From: an uncultured Collinsella sp.
GTDB taxonomy: Bacteria > Actinomycetota > Coriobacteriia > Coriobacteriales > Coriobacteriaceae
Direction of reading: 5' to 3'
Assembly: GCA_900550415.1 (NCBI GenBank)
Contig: URSO01000002.1
Location: forward strand, 3,657-67,656
Length of the DNA stretch: 64,000 nucleotides
Part shown: in pieces, positions 22,283 through 30,790 of the stretch
How the letters are laid out: the number at the start of each line of letters is the position of its first letter
Position numbering within the stretch: the first letter of the stretch is position 1
Position numbers and translations under genes: made by a program
Notes under the pieces: model-generated
Databases searched by the model: none
The model's input: only the letters and a program-made list of their open reading frames with translations
What the model was told of the DNA's origin: nothing

Positions 22283-23665
22283 CTAGCGCGCCCCGGTCTT
22301 GGCTTGTGCCAGACGGTAGGTGCGTGCCGGGTGGCAGAGCAGTACCGCCACGACCATAAAGAATGCCGTGGTGCCCAGGCTGATGGGGTAGACCATCATG
22401 ATGTTCGCAAAGGTACGGAAGTGCGGGAACACGCAGAATACCCAGTAGAAGCGGATGCCGCAGACGCAAATCATGGTGATGAGGGCGGGCATGAGCGAGA
22501 TGCCAAAGCCGCGCAGATAACCGGACATGTTTTCGTAGAACATGCTAAAGGCGTACGCCGGGAAGATCGAACACACGCGGATATAGCCGATCGAGACGAT
22601 GTTGGGATCGCTGTTGAACAACGCCAGGATCTCGCGCCCCAGACCGACGATGACGATAATCGTGGTGAGTGCAACGATGCCGCCTTCGACCAGGCAGACC
22701 TTGAGCGTCTTGGTGCAGCGGTCGATCTGGCGCGCGCCGTGGTTTTGTCCCACAAAGGTGGTGCAAGCCTGGCTAAAGCTGTTGAGCAGGTTGTAGCACA
22801 CATACTCCAGGCTCATGGCGGCGCTCGATGCCGCCATGACCTCGGTGCCCAAGCTGTTGATGGCGGACTGGATGATGATGTTGGCGACGGCAAAGACGGC
22901 GCTTTGGATACCGGCGGGCAGGCCGATCTTAACGATGCGCTTGAGGGCGACGGGGTCGATAGCCAGATCGCGCAGGGTGACGCGGACGACGGAATCGGTC
23001 TTGAGCAGACGGATAAAGAGCGTGACGGCGCTGACGGTATAGGCGATGGCGGTGGCGATGGCGACACCCGCGACGCCCCAGTGGAGCACGGGGACAAAGA
23101 TGAGGTCCAGGCCAATGTTGAGGACGGTAGACACGGCAAGCGCCCGCAGCGGCATGCGGGTGATGCCGACGGAGCGGAAGATCGCGGCCTCAAAGTTGTA
23201 GAGCAAGATCGAGGGCATGCTGAGCAAAAAGACGCGCAGGTAGAGCGAAGCGAGAGGCATGGTTTCGGCAGGAACGTTGAGCGCGGCGAGCATGGGCTCG
23301 GCAAAGATCTCGCCCAGCGCGATGACGACAAAGCCCACGAGCGCCATAAGAATCGAGGTATGGACGGCACGTTTGACCATGTTCTGATCGTTGCGGCCGA
23401 TAGCGTTGGCGATGACCACATTTGAGCCAAGCGACATGCCGATAAACAGGTTGAGCATAAGACTGGTAAGCGGAACATTGGAGCCGACCGCTGCCATGGC
23501 AAGGGTTCCCTGGTCGCCCGAGAAGTTGCCGATGATGACCGTGGCGATGAGGTTCGATAGCTGCTCAAGGATGCTCGTGGCGGCGACGGGAAAGGCGAAC
23601 AGGGGAATATTGCGCCACAGCGAGCCGGTGGTCATGTCGATGTGCTTAGATACGGTGTCAGCCAT
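22283..23665 (-). CDS. MATE family efflux transporter
   Basis: DMTTGS N-terminus, NIGLD..F...GVAG.A.AT, GQN.GA motifs; about 12 TM. Confidence 0.92.
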   Translation of the reverse strand: MADTVSKHIDMTTGSLWRNIPLFAFPVAATSILEQLSNLIATVIIGNFSGDQGTLAMAAVGSNVPLTSLMLNLFIGMSLGSNVVIANAIGRNDQNMVKRAVHTSILMALVGFVVIALGEIFAEPMLAALNVPAETMPLASLYLRVFLLSMPSILLYNFEAAIFRSVGITRMPLRALAVSTVLNIGLDLIFVPVLHWGVAGVAIATAIAYTVSAVTLFIRLLKTDSVVRVTLRDLAIDPVALKRIVKIGLPAGIQSAVFAVANIIIQSAINSLGTEVMAASSAAMSLEYVCYNLLNSFSQACTTFVGQNHGARQIDRCTKTLKVCLVEGGIVALTTIIVIVGLGREILALFNSDPNIVSIGYIRVCSIFPAYAFSMFYENMSGYLRGFGISLMPALITMICVCGIRFYWVFCVFPHFRTFANIMMVYPISLGTTAFFMVVAVLLCHPARTYRLAQAKTGAR

Positions 23666-23729
23666 GCGCTCTCAATCTCTAACATGCTCTTTCGTGCTTA
23701 TTTGCGCAGATGATGATACTCCTAATCGA

Positions 23730-23787
23730 CTAGTCGTTGGGGACGTTCTTAAACGACTAGGCATTCAAGAACGTCTCCAATGACTAG
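23730..23787. repeat. Two inverted copies of a 31-bp palindromic unit overlapping at CTAG
   Basis: CTAGTCGTT-GGGGACGTTCTTA-AACGACTAG followed by an imperfect reverse-complement copy. Confidence 0.75.
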
Positions 23788-23843
23788 GTGGGGGAGGCGT
23801 GCGACAATAGTGGGCGTTGTGTTGTTCGCGCTAAGGAGATGCC

Positions 23844-24659
23844 ATGTTGTTGTGTCCCGTTTGCCATGAGCCGTTGGTGGACAATGAACGCGGTGCTGCA
23901 TGCGCGAGCGGGCACCGGTTTGACCGTGCGCGCGAGGGCTATCTATATCTGCTGCGCTCGTCCAAGAGCGGTGACTCCATGGGTGATCCCAAGTCGCAGG
24001 CGCGCAGCCGTCGTGACTTTCTGAACCGTGGATACTACGCGCCGTTGCGTGATGCGATGGTCGAGCTGGTGCGCGATCGGGTGTCTAGGCATGCGGCGTC
24101 TGCGGGCGGTCCCATGACCTTGCTCGATATTTGCTGTGGCGAGGGCTACTACACGAGCGCCATGGGTGCGGTGCCGGGCGTGGATGCTTACGGGTTCGAC
24201 TTGGGCAAAGAGATGGTGCGCCTGGCCGCCAAGCGCGGCGATGCGACCTACTTTGTGGCCAATATGAAGGACATCCCCGTGGCCGATGGCGCCTTCGATA
24301 TGGTGACCGAGCTCTTCGCTCCCTTTAACGAGCGCGAATTTGCCCGCGTGCTGGCGCCAGAGGGCTCGCTCTACACCGTAGTGCCGGGTGCCCGTCATCT
24401 GTTTGGGCTCAAGGAGGTGCTCTACGACACGCCATATCTCAATGACGAGAAGCTGCCGAAGACTACCGAGCTCGAGTTGGTCGGAATGCAGCGGGTATCT
24501 GCGAATATTACGCTCCAGACCCAGGCCGACATCGAGGCGGTGTTCCAGATGACACCGTACTACTACCGCACGCGCCCCGTCGACAAAGAGCGCCTGGCAA
24601 ACTTGGACACCCTTCAAACTGACATCGACTTCATCATCGCCGAGTACCGCCACAACTAA
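23844..24659 (+). CDS. RlmA-like 23S rRNA m1G methyltransferase
   Basis: Zn-finger CPVC...C..GH.FD.AR.GY, R.FL..GYY, LDICCGEGYY, MTPYY. Confidence 0.85.
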   Translation: MLLCPVCHEPLVDNERGAACASGHRFDRAREGYLYLLRSSKSGDSMGDPKSQARSRRDFLNRGYYAPLRDAMVELVRDRVSRHAASAGGPMTLLDICCGEGYYTSAMGAVPGVDAYGFDLGKEMVRLAAKRGDATYFVANMKDIPVADGAFDMVTELFAPFNEREFARVLAPEGSLYTVVPGARHLFGLKEVLYDTPYLNDEKLPKTTELELVGMQRVSANITLQTQADIEAVFQMTPYYYRTRPVDKERLANLDTLQTDIDFIIAEYRHN

Positions 24660-24660
24660 C

Positions 24661-24697
24661 AACCTGCCAAAAAGGGACAGGTTTATTTTGGCAGGTT
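24661..24697. repeat. REP-like palindrome with an AGGGAC core
   Basis: AACCTGCCAAAA-AGGGACAGGTTTA-TTTTGGCAGGTT immediately after the stop codon. Confidence 0.75.
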
Positions 24698-24788
24698 TTA
24701 TCTGGGCAAACGTAAAGGGCCGACCGCGGAGATGTGCGATCGGCCCTTGTTGGTTGCTTGGATGTAGGGGTCAGTGGAAGGCAAGTGC

Positions 24789-25190
24789 CTACAGGCGATC
24801 CTTGTTCTCGGCTTGAACGGCGTGAGCCTGCTGAACAAAGAACAGGTCGTACACCACGATGACAAAGGCGCCACAGTTGATGGCGTCGCCGCCAAACGCG
24901 GGAAGCGTGAGCACGGCCTGCGCAATCGTGGCGATTGCGGCGACGATGCCGAGCTTAAACGCGCCATCCACCTGCGAAGGCTTGTTGGCGCCCTTGATGC
25001 CCGCAACACCTGCGGCAAGATCGACAAGACCCTTGATGACAAGTACGGCCGCGGCGAGCATGGCGTTCGGCCCGTACGTGGAATCGAGACTGCCTCGGGC
25101 GATGCCGACGCCGGCGATGACGAGGCTGGCGATGCCCAAAACAAAGTAAATGAGGGCAAGGATTTTGAGTGTCTTGCGAGCGTAGCTCAT
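24789..25190 (-). CDS. Hypothetical membrane protein (about four TM)
   Basis: RBS AAAGGA before MSYARK; hydrophobic helices; host-like codon usage. Confidence 0.75.
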   Translation of the reverse strand: MSYARKTLKILALIYFVLGIASLVIAGVGIARGSLDSTYGPNAMLAAAVLVIKGLVDLAAGVAGIKGANKPSQVDGAFKLGIVAAIATIAQAVLTLPAFGGDAINCGAFVIVVYDLFFVQQAHAVQAENKDRL

Positions 25191-25419
25191 GGCTGGATCC
25201 TTTCGATACGAGTACGGCCGATCTGGCGTACCCCCTGTGCTGCACATATGGTGAAGCACATTGTAGTTCAACGCGGCGGCGCATGCGTCTGAAAGCGCTT
25301 TAGGCCTGCGCACCTCAACCTTTCAAAAAGGAAAGCTGGGCGTAAGTCAAATCGATGGCAGCTCATGTACGGCGCTGCGATGATGAAGGCGTAACAAGGA
25401 GTTGGTCTAAGGAGGAGCC

Positions 25420-25563
25420 ATGATGTACGGAACAGGGCAAGTGCGCGAGCCGCGGTCGTTGGGAAGGCGCATGAGCGATTCCGTGATCGCTGCCGTATGC
25501 ACGGGATTGATGGCGGTGCTTTGCATTGGGATGCTGTGGACCATGTCGCGTGTGGGACAATAG
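25420..25563 (+). CDS. Small (47 aa) single-TM protein missing from the ORF track
   Basis: AAGGAGGAG RBS then MMYGTGQVREPRSLGRRMSDSVIAAVCTGLMAVLCIGMLWTMSRVGQ. Confidence 0.55.
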   Translation: MMYGTGQVREPRSLGRRMSDSVIAAVCTGLMAVLCIGMLWTMSRVGQ

Positions 25564-25626
25564 CGGACGGTTGGGTGCCAACTGAGGTGGCGCTCACGTA
25601 TTCGTTTTGCTTGCTAAGGAGTGTCC

Positions 25627-26331
25627 ATGGGCGTCGTCGATCCCTTTTCTGTTGCTCGGGCTGCTGGGCTCGAGCTCGTGCGGACGTCCGAGGGCCTCAC
25701 GCTCACCGATGGCACGATGGGGCTGCGTGCCGATTTTGGCCGCATGCTTCCGCGGCTCAAGCAGGGTCGTCTGCAGCAAGAGCTGCTGGTGAAGGCTGCG
25801 CGCACAAAGGGCGTCGAGCGCCCATGGGCGATTGACGCCACGGCAGGCTTTGGCGAGGATTCGCTGCTGCTGGCGGCAGCGGGCTTTACCGTCGATCTGT
25901 ATGAGCAGGATTGCGTGATCGCGGCGCTCCTCAAGGATGCTTTGGATCGCGCGGCAGATGATCCGGCGCTTGCGACAGCCGTGGCGCGCATGCGCTTACA
26001 TGCGGGCAAGGACAGCATTGCCGGCCTTCGCCATACAGCTGAGCTGATCGGGCAGGGCGAGCTCACCGCTCCCGACGTGGTGTATCTGGACCCCATGTTT
26101 CCCGAGCGCACCAAGAGCGCGGCGGTGAAAAAGAAGTTCCAACTCTTGCACCATCTGGAACAGCCGTGTGCCGATGAGGAGACGCTGGTCGAAGCTGCGC
26201 TTGCGGTGCGGCCGCGCAAGGTCGTTATCAAACGGCCGGTGAAGGGGCCGCTGCTTGCCGGCGTCAAGCCGAGCTATCAACTTGCGGGCAAGGCCGTTCG
26301 TTACGATGTTTTGGTGCCGCCTCGCCCGTAG
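25627..26331 (+). CDS. rsmJ: RsmJ-like 16S rRNA m2G1516 methyltransferase
   Basis: DATAG.G.D, DVVYLDPMFP, SAAVKK, KVVIKRP, RYDV. Confidence 0.82.
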   Translation: MGVVDPFSVARAAGLELVRTSEGLTLTDGTMGLRADFGRMLPRLKQGRLQQELLVKAARTKGVERPWAIDATAGFGEDSLLLAAAGFTVDLYEQDCVIAALLKDALDRAADDPALATAVARMRLHAGKDSIAGLRHTAELIGQGELTAPDVVYLDPMFPERTKSAAVKKKFQLLHHLEQPCADEETLVEAALAVRPRKVVIKRPVKGPLLAGVKPSYQLAGKAVRYDVLVPPRP

Positions 26332-26366
26332 CTTGCGCTTCGCCAGCCATCGTGCCGATGCGAGGT

Positions 26367-26663
26367 CTATTTCCAAGGGTGTGACGTCAGATGCCATCCG
26401 CCGCAGTATTCGCATTTGTAGCAGGCTAAACCGCGTCGTCCGCGGTTTTCGCAGTCGGCCATAACGGCCTCGGCCTCGGCGCGTGTGTCGTACCGGTTTT
26501 TGCGCTCGCACGACTTATAGCGCCAAGCCTCATCGCGCTCGGCGTCCAGGGCGTCGCGGCGCTCGTCCTCGCGCGCAAACAGGTCGCTCATATTGCCGCC
26601 GGTGGCAGCGCCCAAAAACTCGCTTTTGGCCTTTGACCAGGCGGCTCGCTTCTTGCTCCCCAT
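26367..26663 (-). CDS. Small hypothetical protein with a putative Zn site
   Basis: C..K.RY....EA...YKCEYCGGWHLTS; RBS GGAGAGGG. Confidence 0.75.
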   Translation of the reverse strand: MGSKKRAAWSKAKSEFLGAATGGNMSDLFAREDERRDALDAERDEAWRYKSCERKNRYDTRAEAEAVMADCENRGRRGLACYKCEYCGGWHLTSHPWK

Positions 26664-26736
26664 CTGCTTCGCACCCTCTCCAAACGTTGGTATCATTGCT
26701 CAATCAAAGTGATACCAATAAACGTGAGGTCGCCGC

Positions 26737-27228
26737 GTGATGATCAGAAAAACCCTCGATACCGACATTCCCGCCGTCATGGCTACCTATGACGCGGCTC
26801 GTGCCTTTATGCGCGCGCATGGCAACGCCACGCAGTGGCCCGAGGGCACGCCTTCGGTCGAGCAGGTGGCTGCCGATATCGCCGCCGGTGGCAGCTATGT
26901 GTGCGAAGTCGACGGTCGCGTGGTGGCGACGTTTGCCTTTTTACCGGGTCCGGACGAGTGCTATGACGTCATCGAGGATGGCGCCTGGCGCAGCGACGCT
27001 CCATACCATGTGCTGCATCGCGTGGCGTCGGACGGCACCACGCATGGCGTCGCTGCTGCGATGTTTGCCTTTGCCAAGGAACGCACCGACCATCTGCGTA
27101 TCGACACGCACCAAGACAATCTGCCCATGCAGGGCGCCATCACCAAGGCCGGGTTTAAGCGCGCCGGTATCGTATATGTGTCGGACGGTACGCCGCGTGT
27201 CGCGTTTGATTGGCTGCGCGAGGTGTAG
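26737..27228 (+). CDS. GNAT family N-acetyltransferase
   Basis: GN..QW, Y.V.HR.AS, LRIDTH.DN.PMQ....K.GF motifs. Confidence 0.85.
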   Translation: MMIRKTLDTDIPAVMATYDAARAFMRAHGNATQWPEGTPSVEQVAADIAAGGSYVCEVDGRVVATFAFLPGPDECYDVIEDGAWRSDAPYHVLHRVASDGTTHGVAAAMFAFAKERTDHLRIDTHQDNLPMQGAITKAGFKRAGIVYVSDGTPRVAFDWLREV

Positions 27229-27533
27229 GAGCCAAGGTACGTATCATCACCCAGCTCAAATAAAAAATGGCCTCGAGTGGGGCCATTTTTGGTAAAACGC
27301 GTCGTTGTGGGGCTCGCGTTGTCACCGCCCAGATGAGTCCGGGCGGACAAAAAGGGGAGGTGCCGGCTTTCGCAAGGCGCGAACCTACGAAAATCGCCGC
27401 GCGGCAACGCAGGGCGATGAGCTCGGTCGGGGGATAGGGCCCGCTTCGCCCGCCGGCCCGTAAATTGTATCATCCAGTGTGGAACGAGGATGCCCGTTGC
27501 CGCGTGCGATGGGCTTGTAATAAGAGGAGAGCC

Positions 27534-29537
27534 ATGTCGAAGCAAGCGGTCGTTGGAATCTTGGCACATGTCGATGCCGGCAAGACCACGCTGGCCGAGG
27601 CTATGCTGTTCAACGCGGGCCGCATTCGCAAACGCGGCCGTGTGGACGATGGCGATTCTCACCTGGACACTAACACGATCGAGCGCGAGCGTGGCATCAC
27701 GATTTTCTCGTCGCAGGCCGTGCTCGACCACGACGATACCCACGTCATGCTCGTGGATGCACCCGGCCACGTCGATTTTTCGGCCGAGGCGGAGCGCACA
27801 CTGCGCGCGCTCGACTACGCGATTTTGGTTGTGGGCGCCAACGATGGCGTGCAGGGGCACACCGAAACCCTGTGGCGCCTGCTTGCGCGCTATGACATTC
27901 CGACGTTCATCTATATCAACAAAATCGATTTGGAGAATCCCGGCCGCGATGTTTTGCTGGCACAACTCGGGCAGCGTCTTTCCGAGGGCTGCCTGAATGC
28001 CAACGAACTGCTGGCGGGCGGTGCCGTTCAGGAGGATGCTGCTGCGTTGGACGAGGCGGCGCTCGAGGAGTTTCTTGAAGCGGGTGAGCTTTCCGTCGCA
28101 ACGCTGTCGCGCATGGTTGCCGAGCGCAAGCTCTTTCCCTGCTTTGCCGGCTCGGCGCTCAAGGACCAAGGCGTGGACGAGTTGCTGGACGGCATATGCG
28201 CGCTGATGCGTGAACAGGCGTGGCTCCCGGAGTTCGCCGCGCGCGTCTATCGCGTCAGCCGCGGCGATCGCGGCGAGCGCTTGGCTTGGGTAAAAGTGAC
28301 CGGCGGCACGCTGCATGCAAAGCAGATGATCGAGGGGCGCTCCGGTGCCGAGGCGTGGGAGCAAAAGGTCGATCAGGTGCGCATCTATAACGGAGAGAAG
28401 TACGAGCTTGCCCAGGAAGTTGCCGCTGGCGGTATTTGTGCCGTGACGGGTCTTGCGCACGTTCGCCCGGGGGATGCCTTGGGTGCGGAGCCCGGGTGCG
28501 ATGCGCCCGTCATTGCGCCGGTCCTTACCTATACGGTGCTCCCGGGCGAACATGATGCCCATGCGGTGTTTAAAGCGCTGACTGAGCTGGCGGACGAAGA
28601 CCCCATGCTCGGCGTAAGCTGGAATACGCATCTTGAGCAGATTCACTTGCAGTTGATGGGCGCCGTGCAGCTCGAGGTCTTGCAGCGGGTATTGGCCGAT
28701 CGCTTTGGCCTTACGATTGAGTTTGAGTCCGGCGGCATTCTCTATAAGGAGACGATCTCGCAGCCGGTCGAGGGTGTGGGCCACTTTGAGCCACTGCGCC
28801 ATTACGCCGAGGTGCACCTGCGCCTGGAGCCGCTGCCAGCGGGCTCGGGCGTGCAATTTGGTACCGTTGCCTCGACCGACGAGCTCGATCTTAACTGGCA
28901 GCGCCTGGCGCTCACCAACGCCATGGAGCGCGATCACCTGGGTGTGCTGACCGGCTCGCCCATTACCGATGTGCGCATTACGCTCACGGGCGGCCGCGCT
29001 CATGCCAAACACACCGAGGGCGGTGACTTTCGGCAGGCAACGTACCGCGCGATTCGCCAGGGTTTGATGCAGGCGCGTGAGGCCGGCGCGGCGGTGCTGT
29101 TGGAGCCGTGCTACCACTTTGAGCTCGAGGTGCCGGGAGATTGCGTGGGCAGGGCGCTTTCGGATGTCACGCGCATGGGCGCCGAGTACGAGCCGCCGGC
29201 GATGGCGGGCGACCGGGCGAAGCTTGTGGGTCGCGTGCCAGCATCCGAGATACAGGATTATGCGCTGGAGGTGGCTGCCTACACGAGCGGCCGCGGACAT
29301 CTGTACCTGGAGTTCGCCGGTTATGCGGCATGCCATGATGCCGAGCGCGTCATCGAGGCGGCCGCCTACGAGCCCGAGGCCGATCTGCCCAACACGCCCG
29401 ATTCGGTCTTTTGCGCCCACGGCGCCGGCTATACGGTCAAATGGTACGACGTGCCCGCCGCGGCACACGTAAAGATCGATCCCGCCACCTTCCGCCCCTA
29501 TCGCCCCGCCGACGCGGAATTTTTCGGCCACATGTGA
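27534..29537 (+). CDS. TetM/TetO-like translation-factor GTPase (EF-G paralog)
   Basis: GILAHVDAGKTT, ERERGITI, D.PGHVDF, NKID, GVGHFEPLRHYAEV, HTEGGDFRQA. Confidence 0.88.
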   Translation: MSKQAVVGILAHVDAGKTTLAEAMLFNAGRIRKRGRVDDGDSHLDTNTIERERGITIFSSQAVLDHDDTHVMLVDAPGHVDFSAEAERTLRALDYAILVVGANDGVQGHTETLWRLLARYDIPTFIYINKIDLENPGRDVLLAQLGQRLSEGCLNANELLAGGAVQEDAAALDEAALEEFLEAGELSVATLSRMVAERKLFPCFAGSALKDQGVDELLDGICALMREQAWLPEFAARVYRVSRGDRGERLAWVKVTGGTLHAKQMIEGRSGAEAWEQKVDQVRIYNGEKYELAQEVAAGGICAVTGLAHVRPGDALGAEPGCDAPVIAPVLTYTVLPGEHDAHAVFKALTELADEDPMLGVSWNTHLEQIHLQLMGAVQLEVLQRVLADRFGLTIEFESGGILYKETISQPVEGVGHFEPLRHYAEVHLRLEPLPAGSGVQFGTVASTDELDLNWQRLALTNAMERDHLGVLTGSPITDVRITLTGGRAHAKHTEGGDFRQATYRAIRQGLMQAREAGAAVLLEPCYHFELEVPGDCVGRALSDVTRMGAEYEPPAMAGDRAKLVGRVPASEIQDYALEVAAYTSGRGHLYLEFAGYAACHDAERVIEAAAYEPEADLPNTPDSVFCAHGAGYTVKWYDVPAAAHVKIDPATFRPYRPADAEFFGHM

Positions 29538-29562
29538 CAAAGGGACAGCTCCTTTGTCACAT
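29532..29562. repeat. 31-bp palindrome P1
   Basis: ATGTGACAAAGG-GACAGCT-CCTTTGTCACAT; contains the GTPase stop codon. Confidence 0.92.
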
Positions 29563-29630
29563 TCAGTTGGTATAACTCGGTATAAGTTGGTATAACTATT
29601 GCTAGCCTTTGCCAATCCGAGGAGGCCGAC

Positions 29631-30743
29631 ATGAATCCAAATCCCTTTAAGCCAACGGCTGGTAAGCGGCCTCCGATGCTCATCGGTCGCGAGTCGGTCA
29701 TCGAAGATTTTGAGGAGGGGCTCGATAACGGTGCCGGAGCGCCGGGCAGACTCATGCTCATTACAGGAAACCGCGGCTGTGGCAAAACAGTTCTCCTGCG
29801 GGAGCTGCAACGTCTGGCCAGTGAGCGCGGATGGGCGGTTGTCTCCGATTCCGCTTCGCTTGGTTTATGCGACCGCTTGGCCGACGCACTCCGCTCGAAT
29901 AAGCCCGTTGTGACGTCAATGGAGTTTGGCCCATCGTTTGGACGGATGTCGGTTGAGGCGGCGCGGGCAAAAGGCGAGACGTTGCGAGGGCTGGTCAACG
30001 AACGTCTCAAGAAACTCGGTCCAGGTAAGGGCATCCTGTTTGCGATTGACGAGGCTCAATCGGCGTCTATTGAGGAGCTGGCGGCCCTTGCCGTTCTTTA
30101 TCAGCAGGTGCTGGGAGATCAGGATGCCACGGGCTTGCCCGATAGCGACCAGCGCGGTCTTGCGCTGGTCTTTGCCGGCTTGCCCAGCATGGTTGACGAT
30201 CTGCTCGAAGAGCCGAGCGTGACGTTTTTGCGACGTGCCCAGCAGCGTACGTTGGGGACGATTTCTTTGCCCAAGGTGCGCGATTCGTATATCCAGACGG
30301 TCGAGTGTGCCGGTCTTTGCGTTGATGCGGGAACGGCGGACCTTGCAGCGCACAAGAGCATGGGGCATCCCTATATGGTTCAGCTGGTGGGATATTACAT
30401 GTGGCGGTCTGCTGTCCGGCGTGGCTCGCAAGTCATTGAAAGGCGCGATGTCGAGGATGGCCATGCGGATGCCGTCTCCGAGTTCTACGAAGCGGTTGAC
30501 GCGCCTCTGTATTACGGACTGCGCACCCCACAGCGTCTCTTTATCGAGGCCATGGCGGTTGACGAGGACAAGCCGACGCGCATGGCGGATATCATTGAGC
30601 GCTGCGACCGTACCCAGAGCTGGGCGAGTAAATATCGCGCAAGCCTGATTCGCGAGCGCGTCATCGAGGCTGCCGGATACGGTCTCGTCCGGTTTACCGT
30701 GCCCATGCTGAGCAAGTACATTCGCGATTGCGTTTTAATGTGA
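29631..30743 (+). CDS. AAA ATPase with probable C-terminal wHTH (paralog 1)
   Basis: NPF.P..G..P...IGR start, Walker A GNRGCGKT, Walker B FAIDE, FLRRAQQ. Confidence 0.85.
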   Translation: MNPNPFKPTAGKRPPMLIGRESVIEDFEEGLDNGAGAPGRLMLITGNRGCGKTVLLRELQRLASERGWAVVSDSASLGLCDRLADALRSNKPVVTSMEFGPSFGRMSVEAARAKGETLRGLVNERLKKLGPGKGILFAIDEAQSASIEELAALAVLYQQVLGDQDATGLPDSDQRGLALVFAGLPSMVDDLLEEPSVTFLRRAQQRTLGTISLPKVRDSYIQTVECAGLCVDAGTADLAAHKSMGHPYMVQLVGYYMWRSAVRRGSQVIERRDVEDGHADAVSEFYEAVDAPLYYGLRTPQRLFIEAMAVDEDKPTRMADIIERCDRTQSWASKYRASLIRERVIEAAGYGLVRFTVPMLSKYIRDCVLM

Positions 30744-30768
30744 CAAAGGGACTGTCCCTTTGTCACAT
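30738..30768. repeat. 31-bp palindrome P2
   Basis: ATGTGACAAAGGGAC-T-GTCCCTTTGTCACAT with perfect arms; contains the ATPase stop codon. Confidence 0.92.
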
Positions 30769-30790
30769 TCGATCAACAGGAAGGGGAGCG

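Noticed and set aside
27330..27353. Hammerhead-like CAGATGAGTCC-GGGC-GGACAAAA
   Set aside because: Two invariant core positions differ (CUGA and GAAA), no stems I/III found, and the bases fit a simple alternative hairpin
27534..29537. Acquired tetracycline resistance gene
   Set aside because: Host-like composition, motifs of the uncharacterised paralog subfamily, and no conjugative element nearby
26961..29810. 949-aa antisense ORF and similar long shadow ORFs (e.g. 5783..7372, 7553..8989, 55850..57328)
   Set aside because: They lie opposite clearly recognisable genes and are expected from high-GC codon bias
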